Assembly (NCBI GenBank): GCA_963716395.1
Contig: OY970309.1
Location: 3,584,001 to 3,648,000 of the forward strand
Direction: 5' to 3'
DNA: 64,000 nt
Origin: an uncultured Fibrobacteria bacterium
GTDB lineage: Bacteria; Fibrobacterota; Fibrobacteria; UBA11236
This document shows positions 40,357-49,952 of this stretch, piece by piece (the stretch's first letter is position 1; each line of letters opens with the position of its first letter). A program made the position numbers and the translations under genes. Below the pieces are notes generated by a model. The model did not search any database, had not been told where the DNA came from, and was given only the letters and a program-made list of their open reading frames with translations.

Positions 40357-41718
40357 TCAACCCAATTCGAACGAGGCCCGATCTTCGGGTACGACGGCAT
40401 CCCAGCCGAAGGTTTCACGCAAACGGCGCCGGAAGGCGTCGGCTGCGGCCGGCTCGCCATGGGTGACAAACACACGGCGCGGTGAAATACCGCTCGCGCG
40501 GAACCAGGCGATCAACTCGGCATAATCTGCATGGGCCGACAGCCCCTGGATTTGCGACACCTGCGCCCGCACCGGCACATAGGCGCCCTGGATTTTAATC
40601 TCTTCGGCGCCGGCCAGCATGGAGGCGCCGCGTGTGCCGGCAGCCTGGTAGCCCACGAACAACACGGCATTTTTGGGGTCGGGCAGAAAGCGGCGAAAGT
40701 GGTGCAAGATGCGGCCGCCCGTGGCCATGCCGCTGGCCGCGATGATGAGCATGGGCCCCGAACGCGTATCCAAAGCCATGGATTCCTCTACGGTCTGCAC
40801 GTAATGGGCGGCCGCGCACATGTGATCGCAGGCCGCCTGGCTGAGGCGGTGATCTTCGGCATGCCGGCGGAAAATTTCCGTGGCGCTGATCGACATGGGG
40901 CTGTTGAGGTACACCGGAAAAGCCGGGATGCGCCCTTCGCCGCGCAACTGATCCAGCAGACGCAGAATATGCTGCGCGCGCCCCACGGCAAAGGCCGGCA
41001 CCAGCATCACCCCGCCGCGCGCCACGGAGGCGTTCACCCACTTTGCCAGGGATTCGGCCACGTCTTCGGGGGGATGGCGGCGATCGCCGTAGGTCGACTC
41101 GACCACCAGGAAATCTGTTGGACTGAGTGGATCAGGCGGCTTCATGATGGGATCGTTGGGGCGACCCACGTCGCCGGAAAAAGTGAGGGCGGTTCCGTCG
41201 AGGTGCAGCGCCAGGCACCCCGAACCGAGAATATGCCCCGCGCGCGTAAAGCGAGCCTGCACGCCCGCCGCCGGCACGAAATCGGTGTAGAAATCCACGG
41301 GCCGGATTTGGGCCAGGCATTGCTCCGCTGCTTCGCGCGTATACAACGGCATGGCCGGGTGATGCTTGGAATAGCCGCGATGGTTGGCATGCCGGGCTTC
41401 TTCTTCCTGCAAATGGCCGGAGTCGGGCAACAGGATTTTCAGCAGGTCGGCCGTACCCGCGGTGCAATACACCGGTCCGGAAAACCCCGTCTGGCAGAGC
41501 CGGGGCAAAAATCCGGTGTGATCGAGATGGGCATGGGTGAGCACCACGGCGTCGAGGGTGGCCGGATCCAAGGGTAGCGGAAGCCAATTGCGCTCGCGCA
41601 GCCGTTTCCAGCCCTGAAACAAGCCGCAGTCGACCAGGATACGCGACCGGCCGGTTTCGACCAGGTAGCGCGACCCGGTTACGGTTTCGGCGGCGCCGAG
41701 AAAGGTGACGCGGATCAT
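40357..41718 (-). CDS. MBL-fold beta-CASP ribonuclease (YSH1-like)
   Basis: GAAETVTGS, DCGLFQG, LTHAHLDH, AGHILGS, ESTYG, FAVGRAQ, SAHAD, HGE. Confidence 0.92.
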   Translation of the reverse strand: MIRVTFLGAAETVTGSRYLVETGRSRILVDCGLFQGWKRLRERNWLPLPLDPATLDAVVLTHAHLDHTGFLPRLCQTGFSGPVYCTAGTADLLKILLPDSGHLQEEEARHANHRGYSKHHPAMPLYTREAAEQCLAQIRPVDFYTDFVPAAGVQARFTRAGHILGSGCLALHLDGTALTFSGDVGRPNDPIMKPPDPLSPTDFLVVESTYGDRRHPPEDVAESLAKWVNASVARGGVMLVPAFAVGRAQHILRLLDQLRGEGRIPAFPVYLNSPMSISATEIFRRHAEDHRLSQAACDHMCAAAHYVQTVEESMALDTRSGPMLIIAASGMATGGRILHHFRRFLPDPKNAVLFVGYQAAGTRGASMLAGAEEIKIQGAYVPVRAQVSQIQGLSAHADYAELIAWFRASGISPRRVFVTHGEPAAADAFRRRLRETFGWDAVVPEDRASFELG

Positions 41719-42530
41719 GGTTGTGATTCTCCGACCGAAGAGGGATGCACCGGCGTTACCGATTTGGCAAAGGCCGGATGCGCCGCTTCGGGAGCCAGCG
41801 GCAAATTGGCCTGCAACAGAGCCAGCGCGCTTTCCGGGTCATCGGCATAATGGAACAACCCGAAGTCTTCGGGCGCAATCATGCCATGGCGGGCCAGAGC
41901 TTCGAGGTTGAGAATCTCGCGCCAATAGGCCGAGCCGTAAAGCACGATGAAAATGCCGCGGTCGAGTTTGCGCGTCTGGGCCAAGGTCAGGATTTCGCAG
42001 AGCTCGTCCAGCGTGCCGAACCCTCCGGGGAAAACCACCATGGCCCGCGCCAGGTGGGCAAACCACAATTTGCGCATGAAGAAGTAATGGAATTCAAAAC
42101 CCAAGCGGGGCGTGATATAGGCGTTGGGTCTTTGCTCATGGGGTAATCCGATATTCAGCCCGATGCTGATACCGCCCGCGTCGGCGGCGCCGCGATTGGC
42201 GGCTTCCATGATACCGCCGCCGCCGCCGGTGCAGATGATGAAGCGCTGATCCGCAGCGTCCAATCCGCGCGACCAGTGCGTGACCCGGCGCGCCAGATCG
42301 CGGGCTTCGCGGTAGTAGCGCCCCATGGGCCCATCTTCGCGCAGACGCGCCGAGCCGAAAAAGACGATGGTGTCATGCACGCGCTGCCGATGGAATTCGG
42401 CCAACGGTTCCAGATACTCGGAGAGAATGCGAACCGGCCGGGCCTCGTCGCTATCGAGAAACTTGTCGTCTTTGTAGGCCAGGTTCCTGGCTGAAGGTTG
42501 CCGGGTAGACGACGGATCGCCGGAGGGCAT
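41715..42530 (-). CDS. LOG family (TIGR00730-like) nucleotide phosphoribohydrolase
   Basis: FFGSAR, TGGGGGIMEAANRGA, FHYFFMRK, PGGFGTLDE. Confidence 0.9.
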   Translation of the reverse strand: MPSGDPSSTRQPSARNLAYKDDKFLDSDEARPVRILSEYLEPLAEFHRQRVHDTIVFFGSARLREDGPMGRYYREARDLARRVTHWSRGLDAADQRFIICTGGGGGIMEAANRGAADAGGISIGLNIGLPHEQRPNAYITPRLGFEFHYFFMRKLWFAHLARAMVVFPGGFGTLDELCEILTLAQTRKLDRGIFIVLYGSAYWREILNLEALARHGMIAPEDFGLFHYADDPESALALLQANLPLAPEAAHPAFAKSVTPVHPSSVGESQP

Positions 42531-42703
42531 CAGACCGCGACCGATACTTGCGGTTCCGAGGAAGGACGGCCTTCGGCGTTTTCGCCGCGTTTGGGTTTTC
42601 CGGCGCTCCCTTGCTCCCAAAGCTCGACCCCGGATAGGCAAGGCATTTCGGCCCATTCGGCCAAGCGTTCCCAATCGGTAATTTCATCCTGTCGCCCAAA
42701 CAT
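42530..42703 (-). CDS. unannotated 57-aa small protein
   Basis: AGGAGG RBS, ATG at 42703, MFGRQDEITDWERLAEWAEMPCLSGVELWEQG...VAV; its TGA overlaps the LOG ATG (TGATG). Confidence 0.6.
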   Translation of the reverse strand: MFGRQDEITDWERLAEWAEMPCLSGVELWEQGSAGKPKRGENAEGRPSSEPQVSVAV

Positions 42704-42741
42704 GCCCCGCCTCCTGAGGTTTGATATGCTGAATTAGACGC

Positions 42742-42756
42742 GCAAACTTTATGCCA
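42742..42756 (-). promoter_or_regulatory. sigma54 (-24/-12) promoter
   Basis: TGGCATAAAGTTTGC gives GG-N10-GC with TGGCA and TTGC, ~40 bp upstream of the small ORF. Confidence 0.7.
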
Positions 42757-42933
42757 TGTTACCACATGGGAAAGCGTTTCCGCCGCAGACGAACCTGAAG
42801 TGGGAAAACAATGCACCGAACACATTATGGGGGGATGGATCTACCGGGTGAACGGAGCACGCGGTCAGGCATTCCTCGCGACCATGCGTATGTCGAATCG
42901 GCAACCGAATGACAGTTTGTCCACACGTTTGTC

Positions 42934-43938
42934 TCAACCTGGTAATTCCGACACGCCTCGCAAAAACTCCGCCGCGGCTTCGGGCAACACCGGATTGATG
43001 GCCATGCCGCTGCCCATCTCGAAGCCGGCCGGGGTGCTGAGCCGGGGAAGAATGTCGATATGCCAGCGGAAGTATTCCTCATTTTCGTCGCCGCGCGGGG
43101 CTGAAACCACGGTGAGGTTGAAATCGGGATCGTGTAAGCCGGCCTGCAATTTTCCCAACACGGTTTTCAGCAGGGCGGCCAAGTCGCGCAACTGTTCGGA
43201 ACTCGCCTGCACAAAGGAAGCCTGTTGCGCCTGGGGGAAAATCCGGATTTGATAGGGTTCATGGGAAGCATACGGCAGCACGGCGACAAAGGCGGCGGTC
43301 TCTGCGAGCACGCGGATTTGCGCGGCCATTTCTTCGGCCAACAGCACGCGGTGCAGGCATTTGAAGGAGCGGTCGAAATAATCGGTGGCGATGGAATGCT
43401 TGAGGCGCAGCAGCCGCGGAACCACGGGCGTAGCGATGATTTGCCAATGCGGATGCCGCAGCGAAGTTCCCGCGCCTTTGCCGTGGTTCTTGAAAACGAT
43501 CACGGCCCGCAATCCCTCGTTTTGCAACAGAATTTGATTGCGTCGTTGCAAGGTTTGCAGCAGCAGTTGCACCTGCTCCAAGGATTGCTGCGCCAGCAGG
43601 CGGCCATGGTCGGGAGATTCCACAATCACCTCATGCGCTCCGAAGCCTTCCATGTGCTGAAAATGCCGACCAACTTGAATCAAATCGCGCGTCGCATCGG
43701 GACGCAAGGCCGGGAATTTGTTTTCGATCACCCGCACGGCCCAATCCGATGCATCGCCGGGGGAAGGCACGCGTTCGATTTCTTCGCAGGACAGGTCTTC
43801 ATTTCCCGGGCAAAATGGGCAGCGCCCCGATTCCCCGGTAGGTTCCGAGGCGAAAGCCGGGTCATGGGGCCGCTGCAAGCGCTCGGGCGCAAAGATCACC
43901 CAATCATGGGTGGTCACGTCATAGCGAAGTTGGGACAT
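42934..43938 (-). CDS. galT: galactose-1-phosphate uridylyltransferase (GalT/HIT family)
   Basis: CPFCPGNE, NKFPAL, GAHEVIVESP.H, NHG..AGTSL.HPHWQ, WHI..PR...AGFE. Confidence 0.88.
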   Translation of the reverse strand: MSQLRYDVTTHDWVIFAPERLQRPHDPAFASEPTGESGRCPFCPGNEDLSCEEIERVPSPGDASDWAVRVIENKFPALRPDATRDLIQVGRHFQHMEGFGAHEVIVESPDHGRLLAQQSLEQVQLLLQTLQRRNQILLQNEGLRAVIVFKNHGKGAGTSLRHPHWQIIATPVVPRLLRLKHSIATDYFDRSFKCLHRVLLAEEMAAQIRVLAETAAFVAVLPYASHEPYQIRIFPQAQQASFVQASSEQLRDLAALLKTVLGKLQAGLHDPDFNLTVVSAPRGDENEEYFRWHIDILPRLSTPAGFEMGSGMAINPVLPEAAAEFLRGVSELPG

Positions 43939-44132
43939 CACACTCTCCCCCAAGGGTGGGTCGCAGCAACACCCGAATCCACCCGGGTTGAATTCGGACG
44001 CCGGAAATCCAGGAAATAGCAAAGCATTCCGCCCAAACCGATGTCGGTCGCCGCAATCTTAGCGCGGCGCTTGGCCAGGTCGTCATCGATCCTGTCGCGC
44101 CTTGCCGCGGGGACTTTCATTAGTTTAAGGCG

Positions 44133-45626
44133 GTGAATCCGCTCGTCTCCGATTTGCTGCAAACGGGTTTGTCTCTCGAAGAAACCCATGCCTCATGGGT
44201 CTTTCTCGGAACCAGCGAAGTGTGGAAAATCAAAAAGCCGGTGTCGCTGGGGTTTCTCGATTTCAGCACGCCCGATAAGCGGCGTGCAGCCTGTGAAGCC
44301 GAAATCGTACTGAACCGCAGATTTGCCCCGGCCGTCTATCTCGACGTAGTGCCCGTGACGGTGGAGTCGGGCCATTATCGTCTGGGCGGAAACGGAGCGC
44401 CGGTGGATTGGGCCGTGCACATGCGGCGTATGCCCGCAGGCGATCGGGCCGATCGCCGCCTGGAAACCGGCCGATTACTCCCGGTGCATTTGCAAGGCCT
44501 GGCCGAGCGTTTGGCCGAATTCCATGCGCACGCGCGCTGCGATGCTGAGACCGAAGCCTTTGGCGCACCGGCAGCGGTGGCCACCAATGCAACCGAAAAC
44601 TTCTCCGCCTTGCGCGCTTCGGGACTTCTGGATACCGATCCGGGACGATGGGTGGAAACCTGGCAAACGGATTTTGTGCGCACGCAGGCCGATCGCTTTC
44701 TGGGTCGAATGCAGGTGGGGAAAATCCGCGACGGACACGGCGATATCCGGTTACAGCAGGTTTATTTCGACGCGGAAGGCCGGGCCACCTTACTCGATTG
44801 CATCGAGTTTGGCGATCGCTTTCGCTTCGGCGACACGGCCGGCGACGTCGCCTTTCTGGCCATGGATTTGGAATTCCGGGGCCGCCGCGATTTAGCGGAA
44901 ATTTTTCTCACCGCCTATGCCCGCGCCGCCGGCGATTTCGATCTCTATGCCGTGGTTGATTTTTATGCCAGCTACCGGGCGGCGGTGCGCGCCAAGGTGG
45001 CCTGGCTGCGGCCAGATCCGGACGAAGCCCGCGCCTACCTGCACACGGCGCGCGACTGTACGCGACACCGGGATAGCCCGTTGCTGCTGGCCGTGGGCGG
45101 GGGCCTCGGGACCGGAAAAAGCACGCTGTCGAACCGGTTGGGTGAAATGAACGCTGTACCCGTCATCGACTCGGATCGCACCCGCAAGCAAATGCTGAGG
45201 CGGGCGCCGGCCAAGCTAGGCCAAGAGGCGCTTTGGTCCGGAGTATACGCCGAAGCGCAAACCGAACGCGTGTACGCCGAAGTGCTGCGACGCGCCGAGG
45301 TGGTGCTGCGTTCGGGACGCAGCCTGGTGGTCGACGCCTCCTTTCGGCGCCGCAGCCATCGCCTGGCAGCGCGCCAAACCGCGGCGCAGCGCGGCGCCCG
45401 CTTTTTGTTTCTGGAATGCCGCGCCGACCCGGAAGTGTGCCGCGCGCGTTTGCACCAACGCGCTTTGAGCCCGAACTGGAGCGACGGCCGCGCGGAAATC
45501 GCCGGGGAGTTTCTGGAAAAATGGGAAGCGGTGGAAGAATTGCCCGCCGATGAATACCGCGTACTGGATACTTCGGCGACCATCGATGTCGCGGAATTGA
45601 GTCGGACCTTAAACCTGCGTATGTAA
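44133..45626 (+). CDS. APH-like kinase fused to AAA_33 P-loop domain
   Basis: ETHASWVFL...KIKKPV..GFLDF, RDGHGD, DCIEF, then GGLGTGKST, DSDRTRK, DASF. Confidence 0.85.
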   Translation: MNPLVSDLLQTGLSLEETHASWVFLGTSEVWKIKKPVSLGFLDFSTPDKRRAACEAEIVLNRRFAPAVYLDVVPVTVESGHYRLGGNGAPVDWAVHMRRMPAGDRADRRLETGRLLPVHLQGLAERLAEFHAHARCDAETEAFGAPAAVATNATENFSALRASGLLDTDPGRWVETWQTDFVRTQADRFLGRMQVGKIRDGHGDIRLQQVYFDAEGRATLLDCIEFGDRFRFGDTAGDVAFLAMDLEFRGRRDLAEIFLTAYARAAGDFDLYAVVDFYASYRAAVRAKVAWLRPDPDEARAYLHTARDCTRHRDSPLLLAVGGGLGTGKSTLSNRLGEMNAVPVIDSDRTRKQMLRRAPAKLGQEALWSGVYAEAQTERVYAEVLRRAEVVLRSGRSLVVDASFRRRSHRLAARQTAAQRGARFLFLECRADPEVCRARLHQRALSPNWSDGRAEIAGEFLEKWEAVEELPADEYRVLDTSATIDVAELSRTLNLRM

Positions 45627-45776
45627 CCGGAGAGGTACTCATTTTCTCCGGAAAAGCTTATCCGGGAAAAGCCATCGTCCTCACGGTGAAAACCAGAATT
45701 CTTTAGGGCTCAATCCCCCCCGAAGGCACCGATTTTGAAAATCCTGAAAAATTCCGGCCCTTCGAGGGGAGTTTGA

Positions 45777-45853
<77 letters not shown>

Positions 45854-46019
45854 ACGAGGAGAGAAAGGTAAACGATTGCGTAGGGTCTGGTCAACTACTA
45901 TCGCCAAACCCGATCCCTGACCCGAGGGACGGCGAGAGGCTGCGGCTTCGCTTGAAAACCGGTGGATCTTGCATACTGTTTGTATTAAGTTTTCCGCAAC
46001 CTTCGAAGGAGGTACAAAC

Positions 46020-46256
46020 ATGAAGGTTGCATCTAAACTGATCGTTCTTGCTTTTGCCGCTTGTTTACCGCTTCAAATCATCGCTGACGAAGCGACTTCG
46101 GCGCCCATGGATAGCGCCAAGACCGCACCCAAAGCGACGAAGAAGCATCACAAGAAGCACATGAAAAAGAAAAAGACCACGGAGGCCACCCCGGCTCCCG
46201 AATCCACTCCGCCTGCGGATGCGGCCCCTGCGGCCGACACCGGCATGGCGAAGTAA
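46020..46256 (+). CDS. small secreted Lys/His-rich protein
   Basis: AAGGAGG RBS, signal peptide, KKHHKKHMKKKK and Ala/Pro-rich tail; followed by a terminator. Confidence 0.75.
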   Translation: MKVASKLIVLAFAACLPLQIIADEATSAPMDSAKTAPKATKKHHKKHMKKKKTTEATPAPESTPPADAAPAADTGMAK

Positions 46257-46289
46257 TTCATTCGCCTTTTTGGTAATTCGGTAATTCGG

Positions 46290-46326
46290 AAAACCCGTCC
46301 GCCTTTGGCGGACGGGTTTTTTATTT
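46290..46326. terminator. intrinsic terminator, probably bidirectional
   Basis: aaaacccgtccgcc-ttt-ggcggacgggtttt plus T-tract between convergent genes. Confidence 0.85.
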
Positions 46327-46355
46327 ATCCGGACGCGCCGGCAGTATCAGACAAG

Positions 46356-46661
46356 TTACCCAACCCAGCGGCCGAATTGCGCCTTGACCGCGGCCAGGGG
46401 CATGGCCCCGCTGACCCGATGCACTTCGCGGCCGCCTTGAAACAGGATCAAGGTCGGAATGCCGCTGATACCGAATTGCCCGGAGAGATCCGGATGGGCG
46501 TCGGTGTCGACCTTGACCACCACCGCCTTACCTTTCCACTCCTTGGCCAGGTCATGCAACACCGGAGCCATCATGCGGCATGGGCCGCACCATTCGGCCC
46601 AGAAATCGGCCAACACCGGTTTGTCGCTGTTCGCGATCAGATGCAAAAATTCACTGGACAC
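46356..46661 (-). CDS. trxA: thioredoxin
   Basis: DFWAEWCGPC, GIPTLILF. Confidence 0.93.
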   Translation of the reverse strand: MSSEFLHLIANSDKPVLADFWAEWCGPCRMMAPVLHDLAKEWKGKAVVVKVDTDAHPDLSGQFGISGIPTLILFQGGREVHRVSGAMPLAAVKAQFGRWVG

Positions 46662-46748
46662 GCAACACCTCCGTTTCGATTTGCAGCGTTGCCTGCGCCT
46701 TTTCGGCGTATTCGCGTCGCCATCTTCACGTTATCAAGGAAGCGAGTT

Positions 46749-47498
46749 TCATGCCGCGATATCGGGAGGCACCGCCGTCAAGGTTCCACCCAATTCCCGC
46801 ACTAAACCCCTGAACATTTCTTCCTCGGTAAAACGTTGGTAGAAGTCTTTCCGATTGATTCGGCTCCAGGCAAAAAATGAAATCAAGGCAAAAAAAGCCT
46901 CGGGAGATTGGGTCAAGCGGGATGCGGCCCGGCATAAAGCCTGGCTTACCGACATCGGCTTATCCAACATGCGCGTGAAAGGATGGTGCAGAGATTCGCA
47001 ATACGAAGGGTCGCTCGCGACCAGATGTTCGCGACAAGCCAGGGGCCGATGGGAATGAATGGAACAGGCCCGGTTTTCAAGAAACGGGCAATCCACTCCC
47101 ATGGAAAAATACAGTTCGGCCGAATGGAATGGGGAATCCAGTTCTCCGTGGGTTCGGCGCCAACGTATCCGGGCCTCGCGCAGACGGCGCACAACTCGCG
47201 CCCGTTGCGGAGGCGCCAGGTTTTCCAGGACGCCATGCAGATGCAGCGCTTCGGCCGCCGAAATCGGAACCGCTTGCCGGCAACATGCGGAGCAACCGCG
47301 GCGGCAGGCAATTTTTTCGCCGGTCTGCCGAATGCTCGCCTGCTGTAGTGCCGCCCCCTGCGTTTCGAGTTGACAGGCAAAAGCGACCATGCGACTCAAC
47401 GGTTGCGGCGAATCGGTCAAAACCAAAGTACCTTCCACCCGGCCATAGGTCGAAGGAACGGAATAACGAAACGAATGACTGTTTATTTTTTCTTGCAC
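46749..47498 (-). CDS. YkgJ family cysteine-cluster protein
   Basis: CRRGCSACC...CPFL...CSIH..RPLACR. Confidence 0.8.
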   Translation of the reverse strand: MQEKINSHSFRYSVPSTYGRVEGTLVLTDSPQPLSRMVAFACQLETQGAALQQASIRQTGEKIACRRGCSACCRQAVPISAAEALHLHGVLENLAPPQRARVVRRLREARIRWRRTHGELDSPFHSAELYFSMGVDCPFLENRACSIHSHRPLACREHLVASDPSYCESLHHPFTRMLDKPMSVSQALCRAASRLTQSPEAFFALISFFAWSRINRKDFYQRFTEEEMFRGLVRELGGTLTAVPPDIAA

Positions 47499-47519
47499 CC
47501 TCAGCTAAGGTAGGTTGTC

Positions 47520-48284
47520 ATGCGCTCACTTTTGCTTCTCCTGGTGCTTTTGGGCCTGGGTTTTGCCGGCGAAACCACGGTGCGGAATATCGACTACCAG
47601 GCCGATGGTGCGGCCATGCAAGGTGTGGTCGTGGCTCCGTCCCAGGGCGGTAAACTTCCGGGCGTGCTTTTGTTTCCGGATTGGATGGGCGTTACGCCCG
47701 TGGCCATCGACTATGCCAAGCGCGTGGCAGGTTGGGGTTATGTCGTCTTCGTGGCCGACGTTTACGGGAAAAATGTCCGTCCCCATGACGCCGCAGAGGC
47801 GGGAAAAATTTCCGGCAGCCTGGAAGGCAATGTGCCCCTGCTGCGGAAGCGGGCCGAGTCGGCGTTGCAGATTCTGCGGGGAATCGGAGAAGTGGACACA
47901 GCGCGGCTGGGCGACATGGGTTTTTGCTTCGGCGCCGCCCCGGCACTGGAATTGGCGCGCGCCGGCGCCCCGCTGCGGGCCGTGGTGAGCATTCACGGCT
48001 ATGTCAAAACCCCTTTTCCTGGCGACACGAAAAACATCCGCGGCAAGGTGCTGATCCTGCACGGCGGCAATGACCCCTTCGTCACGCCGGATCAGGTGCA
48101 GACCTTCATGGATCAATTGCGCCAGGCCAAGGTGGATTGGGAGGCGGTGTTTTACGGCGGTGCCGTGCATGCTTTTACCAATCCCGAGGCGGGCGCCGAC
48201 CCCTCCAAAGGCGTCGCCTTCAATCCCGAAGCGGCCCGCCGTGCCTTTCAGAACTTGCAGAGTTTCTTCGCCGAAACGCTTTAA
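47520..48284 (+). CDS. dienelactone hydrolase family protein (exported)
   Basis: Signal peptide, GFCFG nucleophile motif, HG..D, HAFTNP. Confidence 0.9.
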   Translation: MRSLLLLLVLLGLGFAGETTVRNIDYQADGAAMQGVVVAPSQGGKLPGVLLFPDWMGVTPVAIDYAKRVAGWGYVVFVADVYGKNVRPHDAAEAGKISGSLEGNVPLLRKRAESALQILRGIGEVDTARLGDMGFCFGAAPALELARAGAPLRAVVSIHGYVKTPFPGDTKNIRGKVLILHGGNDPFVTPDQVQTFMDQLRQAKVDWEAVFYGGAVHAFTNPEAGADPSKGVAFNPEAARRAFQNLQSFFAETL

Positions 48285-48413
48285 GCCCTGGTTTTGTTTG
48301 GGGTAAAAACGAATTACCCCTTACCCCCTTCGGCCGCAACGACGGCCCCCGGGGAAGACCGAATTGTTTGCCAGGTTGAATAATAAAGGCGCCCGGAAAT
48401 TATTAGGCGCGAC

Positions 48414-49949
48414 ATGGACAATCAACTGGCTGCCCAACTTCTATTCCAACACGGTTACGCCACCCAGGAACAGATTCTGGCCGTTTGGACCCAAGTCGGT
48501 CCCGCCCAAAACATCGCCGATGTCTTGTTTCAAGCCGGAACCATTCGCGAAGAAGTGCGCAATCAATTGGTGGCTTATTTGGGGTCCATCGCTTCGCCGT
48601 CGTCGCAAGATGCAGAGCCGCCGATGGACTCCATCGCTTCGCCTTCGGTCGACCATTCGCCCGGAGGTTCTTCCCGAGCGCCGGCTTCTTCCCCTTCTCC
48701 CGCGCCCGGTAAATATGACAGGACGCCCAATCCCGAAACCGAGCCCAGCCCGACCCGGTTGGCAACAAGCCGATCCGAAGCGCCGACCCGGCAAGCTCGC
48801 GCGTCGGCGGTTCAGCCCAAAATGGCTGCGGCTTCGACCGCGGAGCCGGCTGACAACGCGGCGCTCGCCTCCGCAGCCGACCTCGCGAATGAGTTACTGG
48901 AGCCGTGGCTGAAACAAGCGCGCCAACAGGGCGCCTCCGATCTCCACCTGTGCGCGGGCATGCCCGTGCATTGGCGCCGTCACGGCAAACTGGAAGCGGT
49001 GGGCGATCATCCGCTGCGCCGCGATGAATGTGAACAAGCGGTGCGCCAGGCTTTGGGCGACGAAGCCGCCGATGAGTTTTTTCGTCGCGGCGACGCCGAA
49101 GCCGTGCTCGAATGGCCCGAACTGGGGCGCATCCGACTGACGGCCGTGCAACAGCGCCTGGGTCCCGATCTCACCGCGCGCCTTCTGCCCTTGCGCATTC
49201 CCGGCTTCGATGAGCTGGGTTTACCGGAAACCTGCTTGGAGTTGACGCGTTGGGCGCAGGGGCTGGTGCTCATCACCGGTCCGGCCGGATGCGGCAAGTC
49301 GACGACCTTGGCGGCGCTGGTGAATCGCGTCAACCAAACCCGCCGCGATCACATTCTCACCATCGAAGATCCCATCGAAATCCTGTACCCGCCGGGCACC
49401 TGCCAGGTGACGCAGCGGCAGGTGGGCAAGCATACCAAGGACCGGGCCACGGCCCTGCGCGCGGCTCTGCGCGAAGATCCCGATATTTTGGTGATTTCGG
49501 AACTGCGCGATTTGGAAAGCATTCAATTGGCGGTTTCGGCTGCCGAAACCGGGCATCTGGTTTTCGGCGCTATGAACACCAACAACGCCACCCGCACCAT
49601 TTACCGGCTGGTCGACAGCTTTCCCCCCGAGGAGCAGCCCATTATCCGCAGCATGGTGAGCGAGTCGCTGCGCGGGGTTTTGTCGCAGCAACTGCTGCCC
49701 AAACGCGACGGGCAAGGCGTGGTGCCGGCCTTCGAAGTGCTGATGGTGAACTCGGCCGTGAGCAACCTTATCCGCAAAGACGAAACCCATCAGCTCGGGT
49801 CGGCTATGATCACCGGCAAATCCTCGGGCATGGTTCTGCTCGACGACTCGCTGCGCACTTTGGTCGAACACGGCGTCGTCGACCCCGAAGAGGCGCGCAA
49901 GCGCGCCGTGCAACCCAAGGACTTTGACCGCTATTTCCGCGGACGGTAA
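48414..49949 (+). CDS. PilT/PilU family ATPase with N-terminal extension
   Basis: ASDLHL, GPAGCGKSTT, TIEDPIE, ALREDPD, AETGHLV, AVSNLIRK. Confidence 0.9.
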   Translation: MDNQLAAQLLFQHGYATQEQILAVWTQVGPAQNIADVLFQAGTIREEVRNQLVAYLGSIASPSSQDAEPPMDSIASPSVDHSPGGSSRAPASSPSPAPGKYDRTPNPETEPSPTRLATSRSEAPTRQARASAVQPKMAAASTAEPADNAALASAADLANELLEPWLKQARQQGASDLHLCAGMPVHWRRHGKLEAVGDHPLRRDECEQAVRQALGDEAADEFFRRGDAEAVLEWPELGRIRLTAVQQRLGPDLTARLLPLRIPGFDELGLPETCLELTRWAQGLVLITGPAGCGKSTTLAALVNRVNQTRRDHILTIEDPIEILYPPGTCQVTQRQVGKHTKDRATALRAALREDPDILVISELRDLESIQLAVSAAETGHLVFGAMNTNNATRTIYRLVDSFPPEEQPIIRSMVSESLRGVLSQQLLPKRDGQGVVPAFEVLMVNSAVSNLIRKDETHQLGSAMITGKSSGMVLLDDSLRTLVEHGVVDPEEARKRAVQPKDFDRYFRGR

Positions 49950-49952
49950 ACC

